This document shows, piece after piece, positions 33,039 through 44,400 of a DNA stretch of 64,000 bases (within the stretch, counting starts at the first letter, position 1; each line of letters begins with the position of its first letter). The notes under the pieces were generated by a model. That model searched no databases and was not told the origin of the DNA. It saw nothing but the letters and a program-made list of their open reading frames with translations. The stretch lies in the NCBI GenBank assembly GCA_946965045.2, contig OX337228.1, positions 4,216,001-4,280,000 of the forward strand. The letters are read 5' to 3'. The translations under genes and the position numbers were made by a program. Origin of the DNA: Epithemia pelagica. Lineage: Eukaryota > Protista > Bacillariophyta.

Positions 33039-34325
33039 TTTGCTACATGTTTCTGCATTTCAGTTAGTCCTCGCCTTCGTTAGCTCGGAGGCCCGGCGCG
33101 TCGGTCGGCGATATCCTAGCTGGATACGTGCGGCAGCGTTAAAATAGACTGTATTTTTTTTTTTAAGGAGAAGAGCAACTCCGGGAAGACGATGGCAAGC
33201 AAAAGGATGGTTTCCGGACACAATAATCATTCCCTTTATAGACTACCTATCATATAGAGTATCCATTGTATATTTCACCTGTTGTTCTGTTGGCCCTACG
33301 AGCTCATGTTGGAAAGACACGTCAATTTCCATGCTGTATGGATGGAAACACAACCTCCACCATGAGGATGGAAAAGACTCCTAAAGAGCAAGGCAGCAAC
33401 AGTTGGCCGCCTATATGTACTTTTCTACAATACTAGTGCCTAGATAGACTCTGTCCACGCTCTTGTCCATGATAATCCATCTTCGGACGGTGGCAAAGGA
33501 CTTCGACTGTTCGACGCATTACGTGTGCGCGTCTGATTTTGCTTCCAAGACCTTGCTCCACCCGCACTCTTCCTCCGCATGGGAGGAAAGCTCTATATCC
33601 GGGTTGGTTTGGCCTTTCTCCGCCCATATCATTATCATGCTCCGCACATGCTCCACGCGCCCGATAACTTACCCCCTAAGCTGGCAAAGAAGTACTCCTA
33701 GCGGATACAGAGGTAAGAGGTAGCTAGGAATAGCTCTCGGAGTACACGAATAGACTCCTCTATCTAGAGACTCCCACTTGTCTGTGTCACCGACCAGCAC
33801 CATGGTGTCTTATTTTAACCACATAAGAATCTCTTGGAGAGGAGCTGAGACAAGAGACAATGATGTTTTATGAATTAGAAGTCGCAATCATGACGCAGCT
33901 TTCCTATCCGTACGTACTTGGTTATTCTTTTAGCTGAAATAAATACAATATGATTGTTTTCGGTTCTGTTACTCACACCCTCCACTTGCCAATGCCAGGA
34001 GCCAGCCATCGTGACTATAAGATAACTCTTATGAATGATTTATGATTTAGTTACTACTAGATATCTGCGTCCATTATCCCCTCTTTATCTGATGGCATAT
34101 TGAACTCATAATCTGCAGACGGAAACTGTTGTACTGTGCATGGACAGCGAGGATGCCAGGTACCTTCACCGTTCCACATCGGCTCATCGTTGGGCAAGTT
34201 GACAAAAGATGGAGCTCTCTGACGAATGGGTCACAATAAGACCATTCGTGATCTTTCATCAGTGGTAGGGACACGAGAAATCGGGAAGGGGATCCCAGAA
34301 CTTTTCGATCAGTTAAACACAACAT

Positions 34326-34862
34326 TCAGTGGTAGAAGTAGAAACCTTGACTGACGGACTCGCCACAGCTGCTTTCATCTGCTTTAACGGAAGATGTACA
34401 ACCCAAGTCCAAAAGCGATAGCAAAGAAACGCATACAAACAACCAGAGCGAGACCGCGAGCGCAGATGCAATCCAGATAATGTTGTACCACAAGTGTGAA
34501 GCAGCTGAGTCTCCCAAAACAGTATCTCTTGATCTTGCCATGGTCTCTCCGGCTAGCAAACCAAAAAAAGTCTCGTGTTGTAAAGTAGTTTCCGTTGATG
34601 AACCGTTGAATTGAGAGCAATCATCTGAAGTGGCTTTCACGTCGTACGGCTGGTCTCTTTCGTCGTGCGAGAGATGTAACGGTATTCTGTTGATGCATTC
34701 CGACGGCGTTGCCCAGTGTCCTTCCTGATGGTGTTGGTAAAAGTGAATGTCTCTTGGGGGTATACTTGCTTTGACTGTTGTCACCATCCAAGCAAGTACA
34801 AATAAGTAGGGCAGAGAGAGGAACGGTCTTGTCATACTACTAAAGTGATCAGCGCTTTCCAT
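34326..34862 (-). CDS. Small hypothetical membrane protein (signal peptide plus C-terminal TM)
   Basis: Hydrophobic N-terminus LSLPYLFVLAWMVTTVKA and C-terminal hydrophobic IIWIASALAVSLWLFVCVSLL. An alternative start is MTRPFL. Confidence 0.5.
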   Translation of the reverse strand: MESADHFSSMTRPFLSLPYLFVLAWMVTTVKASIPPRDIHFYQHHQEGHWATPSECINRIPLHLSHDERDQPYDVKATSDDCSQFNGSSTETTLQHETFFGLLAGETMARSRDTVLGDSAASHLWYNIIWIASALAVSLWLFVCVSLLSLLDLGCTSSVKADESSCGESVSQGFYFYH

Positions 34863-35020
34863 GAGCGAGTGAAGATGAAGCTTCTCTTTCAGATGAGACT
34901 GCGAAAAAACTCGATCAACTCGGTCAACTCAACAATGGCGTTGTATGTTGTATTGAGGATTGAGGTTCCACCTTTCGCTTTTTTTTGAAAAACGAGAGGA
35001 ACGAAGATGAATGTAACAAG

Positions 35021-36746
35021 CTTCATACTTCATACTCCATACGGATACTCCATGGCTGAGCTACTCCTATGTGATAGCGCATACAATAGCTCATAGTTCA
35101 CTCTCACTGGTTATCATAGTTCACTCTCACTGGTTATCTATGGGTTATGGGTTATGGGTTATGGGTTATGGTTACGAGTTACTCCTACGTTCGTATTCAT
35201 GGCAAAATTTTTGTCTACTCGTACTCGTACATGAGCCATACAGAAAACTTGAAGTTTCCGAAGTTCCGACTTCCGACTCTATCCCCTATCATTCGCCATT
35301 ATTTCTTATTTCCCCTCCATATTGGTGAGGCGGCCAGACATATCCCCAACCCTATCTTTTTTGAATATCGCCCGCCACTGCTCCAGGTAGCTCTAAGTAT
35401 TTCCCTCTAATTGCCAACACCGTTACATCAAGGTCGGCTTGCGTCCAGTGGTTTCTGAATGCTCATAAATTTGGGCAACCCTCTTGTTCTCGTGTCACAA
35501 AACCCAAAACCGAGGCAAATGCTTGACCATGACGTGAGGTAAGAACCATGGACGGATCATGCTGGGCTGAATCGCATTTAACTTCTCACTACTGCTGCTT
35601 ATTTCTAATCTTGTCGTCTCCTTTTCTTTCTTCTTACTCATCACTGCTGCAATCTTTCCTTTTGTTCTTGCGTGATCCTTTGGATTTGTCTCATGTTGTA
35701 CGAGTAGACTGGGTATAAGCTGCTTGTGGTCAAGTGGAATATCCTTCCCTTTCCCCTTCTTGTAATTCTTTTGTCGTTTGATTGTTGGCTGGTTGGTTAC
35801 TTTCATGTTTTCTGTAGGATAGATGATTCACTATTCATAGTATCATTGTCAATAATTTCTCAACGACCGAACATTTTGTTGTTTTTGCTTCAAGTAGATG
35901 GCTCCATCTTGCCACTTGCCACACCCTACTTTCCAATTATCAGCTCCTAGAGCTAGAGTCAAACAGCGAATGATTCAATTTGTAGCTGTACAAGCGTGTA
36001 AGAGCTGCTCTGTCGTGTGTTCATGGTGAAACTGAGGGTCATTGACGTGCTCAAAACAGAAAACAGAAAACTGATGTACTAGGAGTACACGAATACAGAA
36101 GGCACTAAACTCGATGGATGGCTAGCACTTGAGTTCTATTTCTAGTTAATAAAGAAAAGGAGGTCTATAGTCTGTGGATAAATGCAATGGAAGTTATGGG
36201 TATCATTTCGACAGAAATGAACAATGGCAAGTAATGAGCTGCTGAGCCAGAGACACAGCAGATGAGCAGACTCTCGTCCCATGAGCAGAGCAAGCAAAAG
36301 TGACAAGTGTGAGTGAGCATGAGCAATGTAATTGTCATGGCAATCCTCAATGGATCAAGCTCACCTGGAATGTCATTGATACGATGTGCTTTTGCAAGAG
36401 AAAAGGATTGTGTGCTTGTCCGGCATTATGAATTATGAAACAACCAACCGTCATCCACGCAGGGCCGCTTGCTGGCCGTTGGAGAGCTGGCAAAGCCACC
36501 CCATTTGAGAGCAAGCTCTCCCTAGCACGTGTCCACGAAACGCGACCGAGTTTGGTCTGGCCGCCTCACCAATATGGAGGGGAAATAATGGCGAATAACC
36601 GTCAACCGTCAACCGTCAACCGTCAGCCATCAATTAATAATTATTATCAATTCCATCAATAGCGCAGGGAATGCTAGGAAGCGCTAGGAGTATCCGGTAT
36701 CCGGGAGTCTCGTGAGCCTTGAGATAAAGCACCGGATACCGGATAC
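35021..36746. repeat. Intergenic region with several period-7 tandem repeats
   Basis: cttcata cttcata ctccata (35021-41); (tatgggt)4 tatggtt (35139-73); ttccgac x2 (35264-77); (aaccgtc)4 agccatc (36597-631); gtatccg x2 and its inverted copy (36689-746). Confidence 0.75.
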
Positions 36747-37226
36747 TGGTGGAGGTTCATCGCTATTCCCGTCTTAAGGTCTCACTCCTCTAGGCTAGCG
36801 GCGGAATCCCATGGGTGGCCTTGGCGCCTCTGACCATGGCGCTCTCGCCGATATTGACCACTGACAATCGAATGCGCTAGCTGAAAACATCCTTCATGAG
36901 ATTCAATCATCTGTGTGCATTTGAACAACCATGCGAATCAGCTGATCTACACGGACGGTGGCATGTTACAGGCAGTCCATGGGGAAAATTTATTGTAGAA
37001 TTATTCTCTCACACTGTCATACATTCACCATTATTTTAATCGATCCTTCGTGTCTTGCTCAACTCTTCCAGTCACGTCCACAAATGTTCTTGGTATCTGT
37101 CCACTTTCCATGTCATAATCCCCATTTTCTTGATTGATTTTCCGTTAGAGTTCTTTACTGTCATATATGCATGCATTCTTCTTTACCGATTCCGTGCTTT
37201 TTGGTGTACCTACGATCCTTGATCAA

Positions 37227-39134
37227 CTACCAGTATTGATCCTGCCCTGATCGACCCGGTCCTCCATAGGAACCACCACGTCGTCCTTCGTAAGGCGATC
37301 CCCTCCCAGAATTGTAGTAGTTGTTGCTGTTGTAGTCACTAGGACTAGGACGATCATTAGGGCGCCCATAGTTATTCCGACTGTCGTAACCATAGTCTTG
37401 GTCAAACCGGCGATTGTCGTAGTCGTCATAGTCACGACGATCGTCTTGGTTGCGGCCATAATTTCTGTTGTAGTCATTGGGGTTGTAACGACGGATGGAG
37501 TCACTGGGGTTGTATCGGCGGGGGGAGTCATTGGGGTTGTAACCACGGGTGGAGTCATTGGGGTTGTAACGGCGGGTGGAGTCATTGGGGTTGTAACGGC
37601 GGGTGGAGTCACTGGGGTTGTAACGGCGGGTGGAGTAATTGTCATTTCGGTTGTAGCTGTTGTTGTCGTACAAACGTGGGCTACGTCCAATATTGTTGCG
37701 GCGGTTGTCATTGTAGTCGTTGTTGCCGTACTGATTGTTGTATCGGTTGCTGTTACTTTTACTGCTGAAACGTCGTAGCAAGTTGTTGTTGTTACGACCA
37801 CTGTAGGGTGTGACGCGGGCATAGACTGTGTCTTCGGGTCGTCCGACATTGCGAATGGCAATGGAAAAAGACGAGTCATTGTCCTTGTAGTCGTATTCGT
37901 TGGGCCTGGGAAGATCAATCACTGTTTCAAAAATGTCGCGTTCAAAGTTGTCTTGCAGATAGATCTCATCGAGTTGAATCGATGAACCAGTGGCCATTTC
38001 ACGCCAGATCTCAACAACTACATCAATAGGCACGCCAATTTCAGTTGCTTGGAGTGCGATCTTGACGCTGCCGACCTTGTTGTCGAATATGGGGAACGAC
38101 ACAACCCCACCTCCTCCAAGAATTTCTTGACCAGCCGAATTCTCATTGCGAGAGAGACCGCGTAGACGGGCAGCATTGTCGAGGTAGCCGCCGCCTCGAG
38201 ACGAACCACCAAAGTCGCGCAGGGAACCACCAGCTGACACGTCACTTGAATAAGTGGACTTATTGGGAGAAGCCGAGCCCCGCCGACGGACCACGGTCGA
38301 CGGTTGCTGGTCTTGGGCGGACATACCCAGCGGGTCTTGGGCGGACATACCCAGCGGGTCTTGGGCGGACGTACCCATCATGGTGCGATCCATCGAGGTC
38401 GTACCAGAGCCGGACAAGTACGGTCCAGCCGATGGTCTAACCGGTCGTCCGCCTGCCTCGTAAGATTCACCATTGTTGCCACGAACATCTTCGTTGTAGA
38501 AGCTTTCTTGGTTATTGTTGTAGCCATCGTAGTTGCTGTTATATTCGTTGTAGTTGTCGTACGAGTTGAACCCATCTTGACGGCGGTAGCTGCTGGCATC
38601 TCGACGAAATGATTCCACTGGTCGTTGTTCGTAAGCTCGAGGATCTTGTTCGTCTTCCCGCATCCATCCAAGGCGACGGCGATCCGCAGAGTTCATGGCC
38701 GGATTGCTGCGTCCTCCAACACGGTTGTAGTTGTCGTAGCCAGTGCTGCGATAATAGCCAGTGTCGCGGCTGTTGGCATTGTAACGGTAGGGAGGGACAT
38801 AGGACCCTCGAGCCAGATTTTCGACACCGGGTCGAACCCAGTCAGCAATCGCGGGCAACCAGCCGAGACTGGGATCGCGACGCCGGGGCTGGTTCGAATC
38901 ATAGTTGTAGCTCTGGTATCGAGTATTGGGATTACGAGGCAAACCAGGGATTTCATACCTGCGGCGAGTTCCAAAGACTTCGAGTTCTTGGTTGCGAAGA
39001 ATCTGTTGCTGCCTCAACTCCATCGATGACCGATCTTGGTCAGCTTGCATCAAGGACATGCACCATGTAGGTGATGCGCCCAAGAGTAGCACCAGCAGCA
39101 GTTGCATACCTGCTCCCATCGTAACCTTGTTCAT
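37227..39134 (-). CDS. Secreted Asn/Tyr/Arg/Asp/Gly-rich repeat protein
   Basis: Single long ORF with signal peptide MQLLLVLLLGASPTWC. Repeats (MSAQDPLG)x2-3 and (RRYNP[S/N]DST)x6 flank a short globular-looking segment. Probable ATG at 39134 (track start is GTG). Confidence 0.85.
   Translation of the reverse strand: MNKVTMGAGMQLLLVLLLGASPTWCMSLMQADQDRSSMELRQQQILRNQELEVFGTRRRYEIPGLPRNPNTRYQSYNYDSNQPRRRDPSLGWLPAIADWVRPGVENLARGSYVPPYRYNANSRDTGYYRSTGYDNYNRVGGRSNPAMNSADRRRLGWMREDEQDPRAYEQRPVESFRRDASSYRRQDGFNSYDNYNEYNSNYDGYNNNQESFYNEDVRGNNGESYEAGGRPVRPSAGPYLSGSGTTSMDRTMMGTSAQDPLGMSAQDPLGMSAQDQQPSTVVRRRGSASPNKSTYSSDVSAGGSLRDFGGSSRGGGYLDNAARLRGLSRNENSAGQEILGGGGVVSFPIFDNKVGSVKIALQATEIGVPIDVVVEIWREMATGSSIQLDEIYLQDNFERDIFETVIDLPRPNEYDYKDNDSSFSIAIRNVGRPEDTVYARVTPYSGRNNNNLLRRFSSKSNSNRYNNQYGNNDYNDNRRNNIGRSPRLYDNNSYNRNDNYSTRRYNPSDSTRRYNPNDSTRRYNPNDSTRGYNPNDSPRRYNPSDSIRRYNPNDYNRNYGRNQDDRRDYDDYDNRRFDQDYGYDSRNNYGRPNDRPSPSDYNSNNYYNSGRGSPYEGRRGGSYGGPGRSGQDQYW
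37474..37637 (-). repeat. 27-bp coding tandem repeat (about 6 units)
   Basis: Unit GGAGTCATTGGGGTTGTAACGGCGGGT on the + strand, encoding RRYNPNDST on the - strand. Confidence 0.9.
38309..38378 (-). repeat. 24-bp coding tandem repeat (about 3 units)
   Basis: GGTCTTGGGCGGACATACCCAGCG x2 plus a near-complete third unit, encoding MSAQDPLG. Confidence 0.9.
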
Positions 39135-39725
39135 CTTTCTTCTGCTGCCGAGCTTTGAATTCTTCACTGGTATGGTTCAAATTGATGTCACCTCGAGTGT
39201 GGTCGATGTTGTTTTGGAGGGAAGTGCGTATTCAAAGAATTGGCGGCCAAGGACACAATTGCCAGCCGGTCAAAGTCAAATCTGTTTGTTGTGTCCTCGT
39301 GTGTTATCGTTTGCTCTTTGCTCTGTCTTCGTTGTCAAGATGTGAGAAACCACCACATCGACATGAGAAAGAGACATGTCACCGCAGTTGATATGACGTG
39401 GCTCGAGAATGACGTCTTACTGCCATCCAATGTGTACCCATTGAGCTTTCAGTATAAGAGGTACACGATTATGCCAGAACACATGGAATCTGATGGAACG
39501 GAATCTCCCATTTTGAAATGCCGGTATAGATCGGCACTATAGTCGCTAATGAATCGCGAAATCATGGATCCATCATCACAAAATTAGTTCAACGATATAA
39601 TTCTCTGGTCGAGCAAAACAGAAAGACTCTAATTTTCTGTTGTGTAAGAGAATCAGGCCCATCCAGTACTCTTAGTACCGGCCCTACCGTAGCCCTCCTT
39701 GTGACCGAAAGAGTGGCTCTCCACC

Positions 39726-41459
39726 ATGGCGGAAAGCTCTCCTAACGGCATGTCTCTAGACGATGTTAGCACTTCAACTCCTAATACGAAGAATCAATTT
39801 ATCTCGTACGAAGGTGAAGAGAAGGAATTTGTGGTTAAGTTCCTCTTCCGTCCGTCTCCGAAAGCAAACATCAACGTTGCAAAGTCTCACTACGATACTC
39901 TTCATGTGATCATGAAGGTATTTCCAGAGATTGAGATTTTCAATAACTACGGTCAGTCGAAGAAAGCATTCAAGAAATTGATGTCATACAATGACTATCT
40001 GCGTAACTTTAAGTTACATTACTCGAAAGGAAACGAATTGAAACAGAGGAACCCGATTTACGTCGCGATTCACCGCTTTCGTTCTCGCATATCTCTAAGT
40101 GAGATTCGCCGGCACACCGATGTCTCAGATCAACTGCTAATTACTAAAGGAAGGATGACCATTCACCCATGGTCTGAAGATGATCTCAATGTCTCTAACT
40201 TGGGATTCTTCGTTGGCACCGATGCATCGAACGTCATCAATGAGGAAATGATCAAGTCCATTCAAGATGACATCACGAAAGCTAACATCCCCCTTGGAAA
40301 GGTCCCAGAGTTCAAGTGTAACTTTTCTTCACCGTTTACTTATACCAGCGAGAACAATCGACTCTCGACCAAAGCCTACGACTTACAGTGTCGACAAGCT
40401 GATGCCAAAACCATGATTGGTATCTTGATGCAGACTTATGCAAAGAATCCTCGGTTCATCTTTCACAAGATGAGGCACACTAAAGAAGGAGCTGACACGT
40501 ACAAGAAATCAATCATTCGTCAGAACTTGTTTCTCAGCCGCAGTCGAATTGTTCCAATCGAAGGAGTCCATCACCAAGCAATGTTTTACGTGGAATTGAA
40601 ACTACGCCAGATTCCAGGAGTTGGTATCATTGCGAAACACAAGAAATGGGCCACCCGAGGACGTTATAGTATTCATACAACTGAGCGAAACTTCGATGAA
40701 GTGGTTCGTATTGTTCGTGCTAATTTAGCCGCTTGGACAGAAGAAGCAGTACAGCGCGAAAATATTGATGTGTCCGAACTTCACGTGTCTACCCCAAGAC
40801 TTTGCTTCCGCAGTGAGATCCCAATGCTTGGACCTGACGAAGAACACGAAGATAGTGAAGCAAAATCATTTCAATCATACGTCAGCGCATGCTCTACCCT
40901 CTACACAAACAAGTCTAATTCAGGAGTCAACGGCACCTACGATCTGCCACCTGCAACCTCTACTCCCGTGATGCAAGCGTGGTCTACAGCGCATGTCCAA
41001 ATTCCCACAGTAGTTGAAACAAAAACAGTCGTCACTACTGATACTGGGAGCCAGATCACACAAGAAGATTACGACAAACTTCGTGCGCGCAACGAGCGCC
41101 TAGAAAACGAATTGATGAGTCTGAAAGACAAGTTTGAGCTGCTAATGACGAAACAATCCAATGACGATGCTCGCATTGCATTGATAGTACGAGAAGCGAT
41201 GAGAGCCGAGAGGGACGAGCACCAATCTGCCACAACTCAAGCCTCGACGAACGATGATCCAACAACAGTTACGAACAAGCGTCCACATTACGACGGGAGC
41301 AGCGCAGCGCGTAAAACCTCAAAGGAAGGTGACGCTGGAGACTCCACGATGACAGCTCAACGGGTGTCCACCGATGTGAGCATGGTACATGAACGAACAT
41401 CCAGCGAGAATGCGGATGTTAGCATGACCAACGAGGGAAGCTTTACCTCTCATGGTTAG
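39726..41459 (+). CDS. Ambal ORF1 protein (577 aa; coiled coil in C-terminal third)
   Basis: Intact ORF homologous to the split ORF1 of copy 1; heptad-like YDKLRARNERLENELMSLKDKFELLM. Confidence 0.92.
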   Translation: MAESSPNGMSLDDVSTSTPNTKNQFISYEGEEKEFVVKFLFRPSPKANINVAKSHYDTLHVIMKVFPEIEIFNNYGQSKKAFKKLMSYNDYLRNFKLHYSKGNELKQRNPIYVAIHRFRSRISLSEIRRHTDVSDQLLITKGRMTIHPWSEDDLNVSNLGFFVGTDASNVINEEMIKSIQDDITKANIPLGKVPEFKCNFSSPFTYTSENNRLSTKAYDLQCRQADAKTMIGILMQTYAKNPRFIFHKMRHTKEGADTYKKSIIRQNLFLSRSRIVPIEGVHHQAMFYVELKLRQIPGVGIIAKHKKWATRGRYSIHTTERNFDEVVRIVRANLAAWTEEAVQRENIDVSELHVSTPRLCFRSEIPMLGPDEEHEDSEAKSFQSYVSACSTLYTNKSNSGVNGTYDLPPATSTPVMQAWSTAHVQIPTVVETKTVVTTDTGSQITQEDYDKLRARNERLENELMSLKDKFELLMTKQSNDDARIALIVREAMRAERDEHQSATTQASTNDDPTTVTNKRPHYDGSSAARKTSKEGDAGDSTMTAQRVSTDVSMVHERTSSENADVSMTNEGSFTSHG

Positions 41460-44400
41460 TACCGCTAGAAACAACCAGTCCACTGATTACTTAGATGAAA
41501 CAATTACAACCTACATCGACCATTCACAATCACATGAATTTTTCGACGCACTCGACGATACGACAGCACTCAACTACGCACACAACGAATATATAGGCAC
41601 ATCACCACCAACAAAAACAAGAGATATTTACAGGATTTTCGGCTGTAACCCCAACGGACTCACCCTGGACGAGAAAGGAGGAGACTTCGCAGAATATTGC
41701 GAAGAAATACATGACTTGGAGGCGGACTCATGGGGAATTTTTGAGACGAAATTGGATACGACAAATGCAAAATGCAAAGAAACACTCTTCAACACCATAC
41801 AACAACATTTTGAGCATTCCCGACTGGTATTTAGTAGCAGTGTTATTCCGTCCCCACGTCGATCATTTTACAAACCAGGAGGCACGCTACTTGCAACCGG
41901 AGGCCACGTCACGGGAAGAGTTGTTTCTCAAGGCAGCGATAAGCTCGGAAGATGGAGTTACCAGGTTTTGTCTGGCAGAGGACAGAAATCGATCACGATC
42001 ATCTCAGCATACCAAGTCTGCGCTCAACCTATAGTTGACCCAACAAACAATCGCATAAGGAGTTTCACCGCCTCGGCCCAACAGATCAGTTTACTACGCC
42101 AAGCAGGACGCGATATCACGCCGAGAGCTGCATTTGTCGAAGATTTGAACAAGTTCATTGAAAATAGACAAGCACAACAGTCGGAAGTACTGGTAATGGG
42201 TGACTTCAACGAAGCTTTGAATGATTCTATGACCGGCATGTCAAAACTACAGTCAGACAGAGGGTTGATTGATCTCATGTTCCAACTAACTGGCATGACG
42301 GAGTTTGGCACACATGTTTCTGGCCATGAAAGAATTGATTACGTACTTTGTACCCCAGGAATAGCACAAGCTGCTCTTACTGGGTGCTACGAGCCGTTCA
42401 AAAAGCGTGGAAGAGGAGGAGACCATCGGAACATAGTGATTGACTTCGATGTGGTGCAATTGTTTGGAAACAAAACACCAAATCTCGGCCCGATCTCATC
42501 ACGTGAATTTACAAGTAAAGACCGAAGTACCAACCGTCAGTACATGGAATCTAAACACGACTTTCTGCGGCGACACAACTTTGGCCTGAGACTTCAGTCA
42601 CTAAAAGATAACTGGGATCAAGACTTAGCGGAACGACTGGATAAGGATTTCCAAAGAGCAGGGAAGTACGCTGCCAAACGTTGCACCAAGAAACCAAGAT
42701 CAATCCCCTTTTCGCGTGAACTTGCTGACCTCCGAGTCCAAAAGAACACTCTCTTGAAAGTGATCTCTTCTATTAGGTTGAACCGCAATTTCGACGCAGG
42801 ACTAATGCATACAACACGCCATGGCCACTCCTTTCTGATTCCTGATACTCTTCAAGATTGCCAAACCCAGTTACGAGCTGTCCAACGACGCATAACTGAA
42901 ATCACCAAAACAGCCGTCTTTCGGAGACAAAATGAACTAAAACTAGCTCTTGAAGAGGCAAAGAAATCAGGCGATACTAAAACTTCCAAAGCAATCAAAC
43001 ACAGGATGGCAGCGGAACGGACCAAGGCAATGTACGACAAACTCAGAAAATGCCGCGGAACCACGAAAAATGGTATCACTCGCCTTGATGTACCAGCTGA
43101 AGACAACGACCAAGACTACGCCGCGTGTACTGAATGGATAACTATCGATACTCCTTCAGAGATCGAGACAAAGCTTCTTCAACGCAATCAACGACATTTT
43201 GGACAGGCGCAGAACACTTACCCAACAATTCCGCCTTTCTCTGAGTGGGTAGATTGGGGAGCATCCAGTCACACTTCGGAACTGATCTTAGAGGGCTCAT
43301 GGGCACCACCAGAAATCGACGAGCTTTCGCAATCGATGATAAATCATATGAAATCACGCGTCAATCTTGACAGCGTGCCAGGAGGTCTTACAAAAGATGA
43401 ATGGATCGGTAAGATTAAGGCATGGCCCGAATCCACTACCACGTCCCCCTCCGGCTTTCATCTCGGGCACAGTAAAGTCCTGTTAGCTCCGACTGATCTA
43501 GAACCACAATCAACCGAATTCGAAGCTCTAGAGGAAAAGAGAGCTGATTTGATTGACTGGCAAGTGGGACTGTTAAATGTTGCCTTGGTAAATGGTTATT
43601 GCTACGAACGCTGGAAACACATCGTAAATGTTATGATTCTAAAAGAACCGGGGAACTTGAAAATACACCGGTTGAGAGTCATACATCTATACGAGCAAGA
43701 CTACAATCTAGTCTTGGCTACCAAGTGGAGAAAGATGATTTTGAACTGCTCCAATCAGCAAGTCCTAAATCCGTCACAGTTTGGTGGAGTACCCGGCAAA
43801 GATGCTGTGATCCCTACATTCATCGAAGAAATGCAATATGAGATTTCAAGGGCAAGCAAACGACCTTTAGTCCATATGGACTACGATGCTACGGCATGTT
43901 ATGACCGTATAGTGATGAACTTCGGGAGTCTCGCATCTCGAGCATTTGGACAACACCGTTCTATTACTTTCATCAATGCTCGGAATTTGGCCGAAGCGAA
44001 ATATTACCTGAAAACAAAATTGGGCGTTTCCGAAAGGTTTTACAAGCATTGTCAGATTTTTCCAATCTATGGCTCGGGCCAAGGAGCAGGAAACTCACCA
44101 GCTATCTGGTGTGTGATCAGCTGTGTGCTTTTCGACGTCTACGAGGAAAAGGCGTATGGGGCGACATTCGAATCTCCTTGCAGAAAATTCAAGACTCAAC
44201 TCTACATGATAGGGTTTGTTGACGATACGAGTGGAAGCACAAACGATTTTGCTCTACCTGCTCAAGCTCCATTGGATACTTATATTTCCAAGGCCACACA
44301 TGATGCTCAACGTTGGAACGATACGCTTAGTCTCTCTGGAGGTGCCCTCAACCTTGAGAAATGCACATATCATTTTATGCATTACACGTTCAGTATTGAT

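Larger units (their letters stand above)
17461..33164 (+). mobile_element. Ambal-type non-LTR retrotransposon copy 1, full length, degenerate, interrupted by an LTR element
   Basis: 17-bp TSD AAGGAGAAGAGCAACTC at 17444-17460 and 33165-33181. Colinear with copy 2 from the 5' UTR to the 3' end. Ends in T11. Confidence 0.95.

Noticed and set aside
37474-37637. Tandem 27-bp repeats as a CRISPR array
   Set aside because: No unique spacers, length is a multiple of three, they lie inside an ORF, and the genome is eukaryotic.
37223-37918. Mucin-like T/P-rich ORF (TTPMTPPAV repeats) and its antisense counterpart
   Set aside because: Alternative frames of the 27-bp repeat inside the 646-aa ORF, which has the signal peptide and continuous frame.
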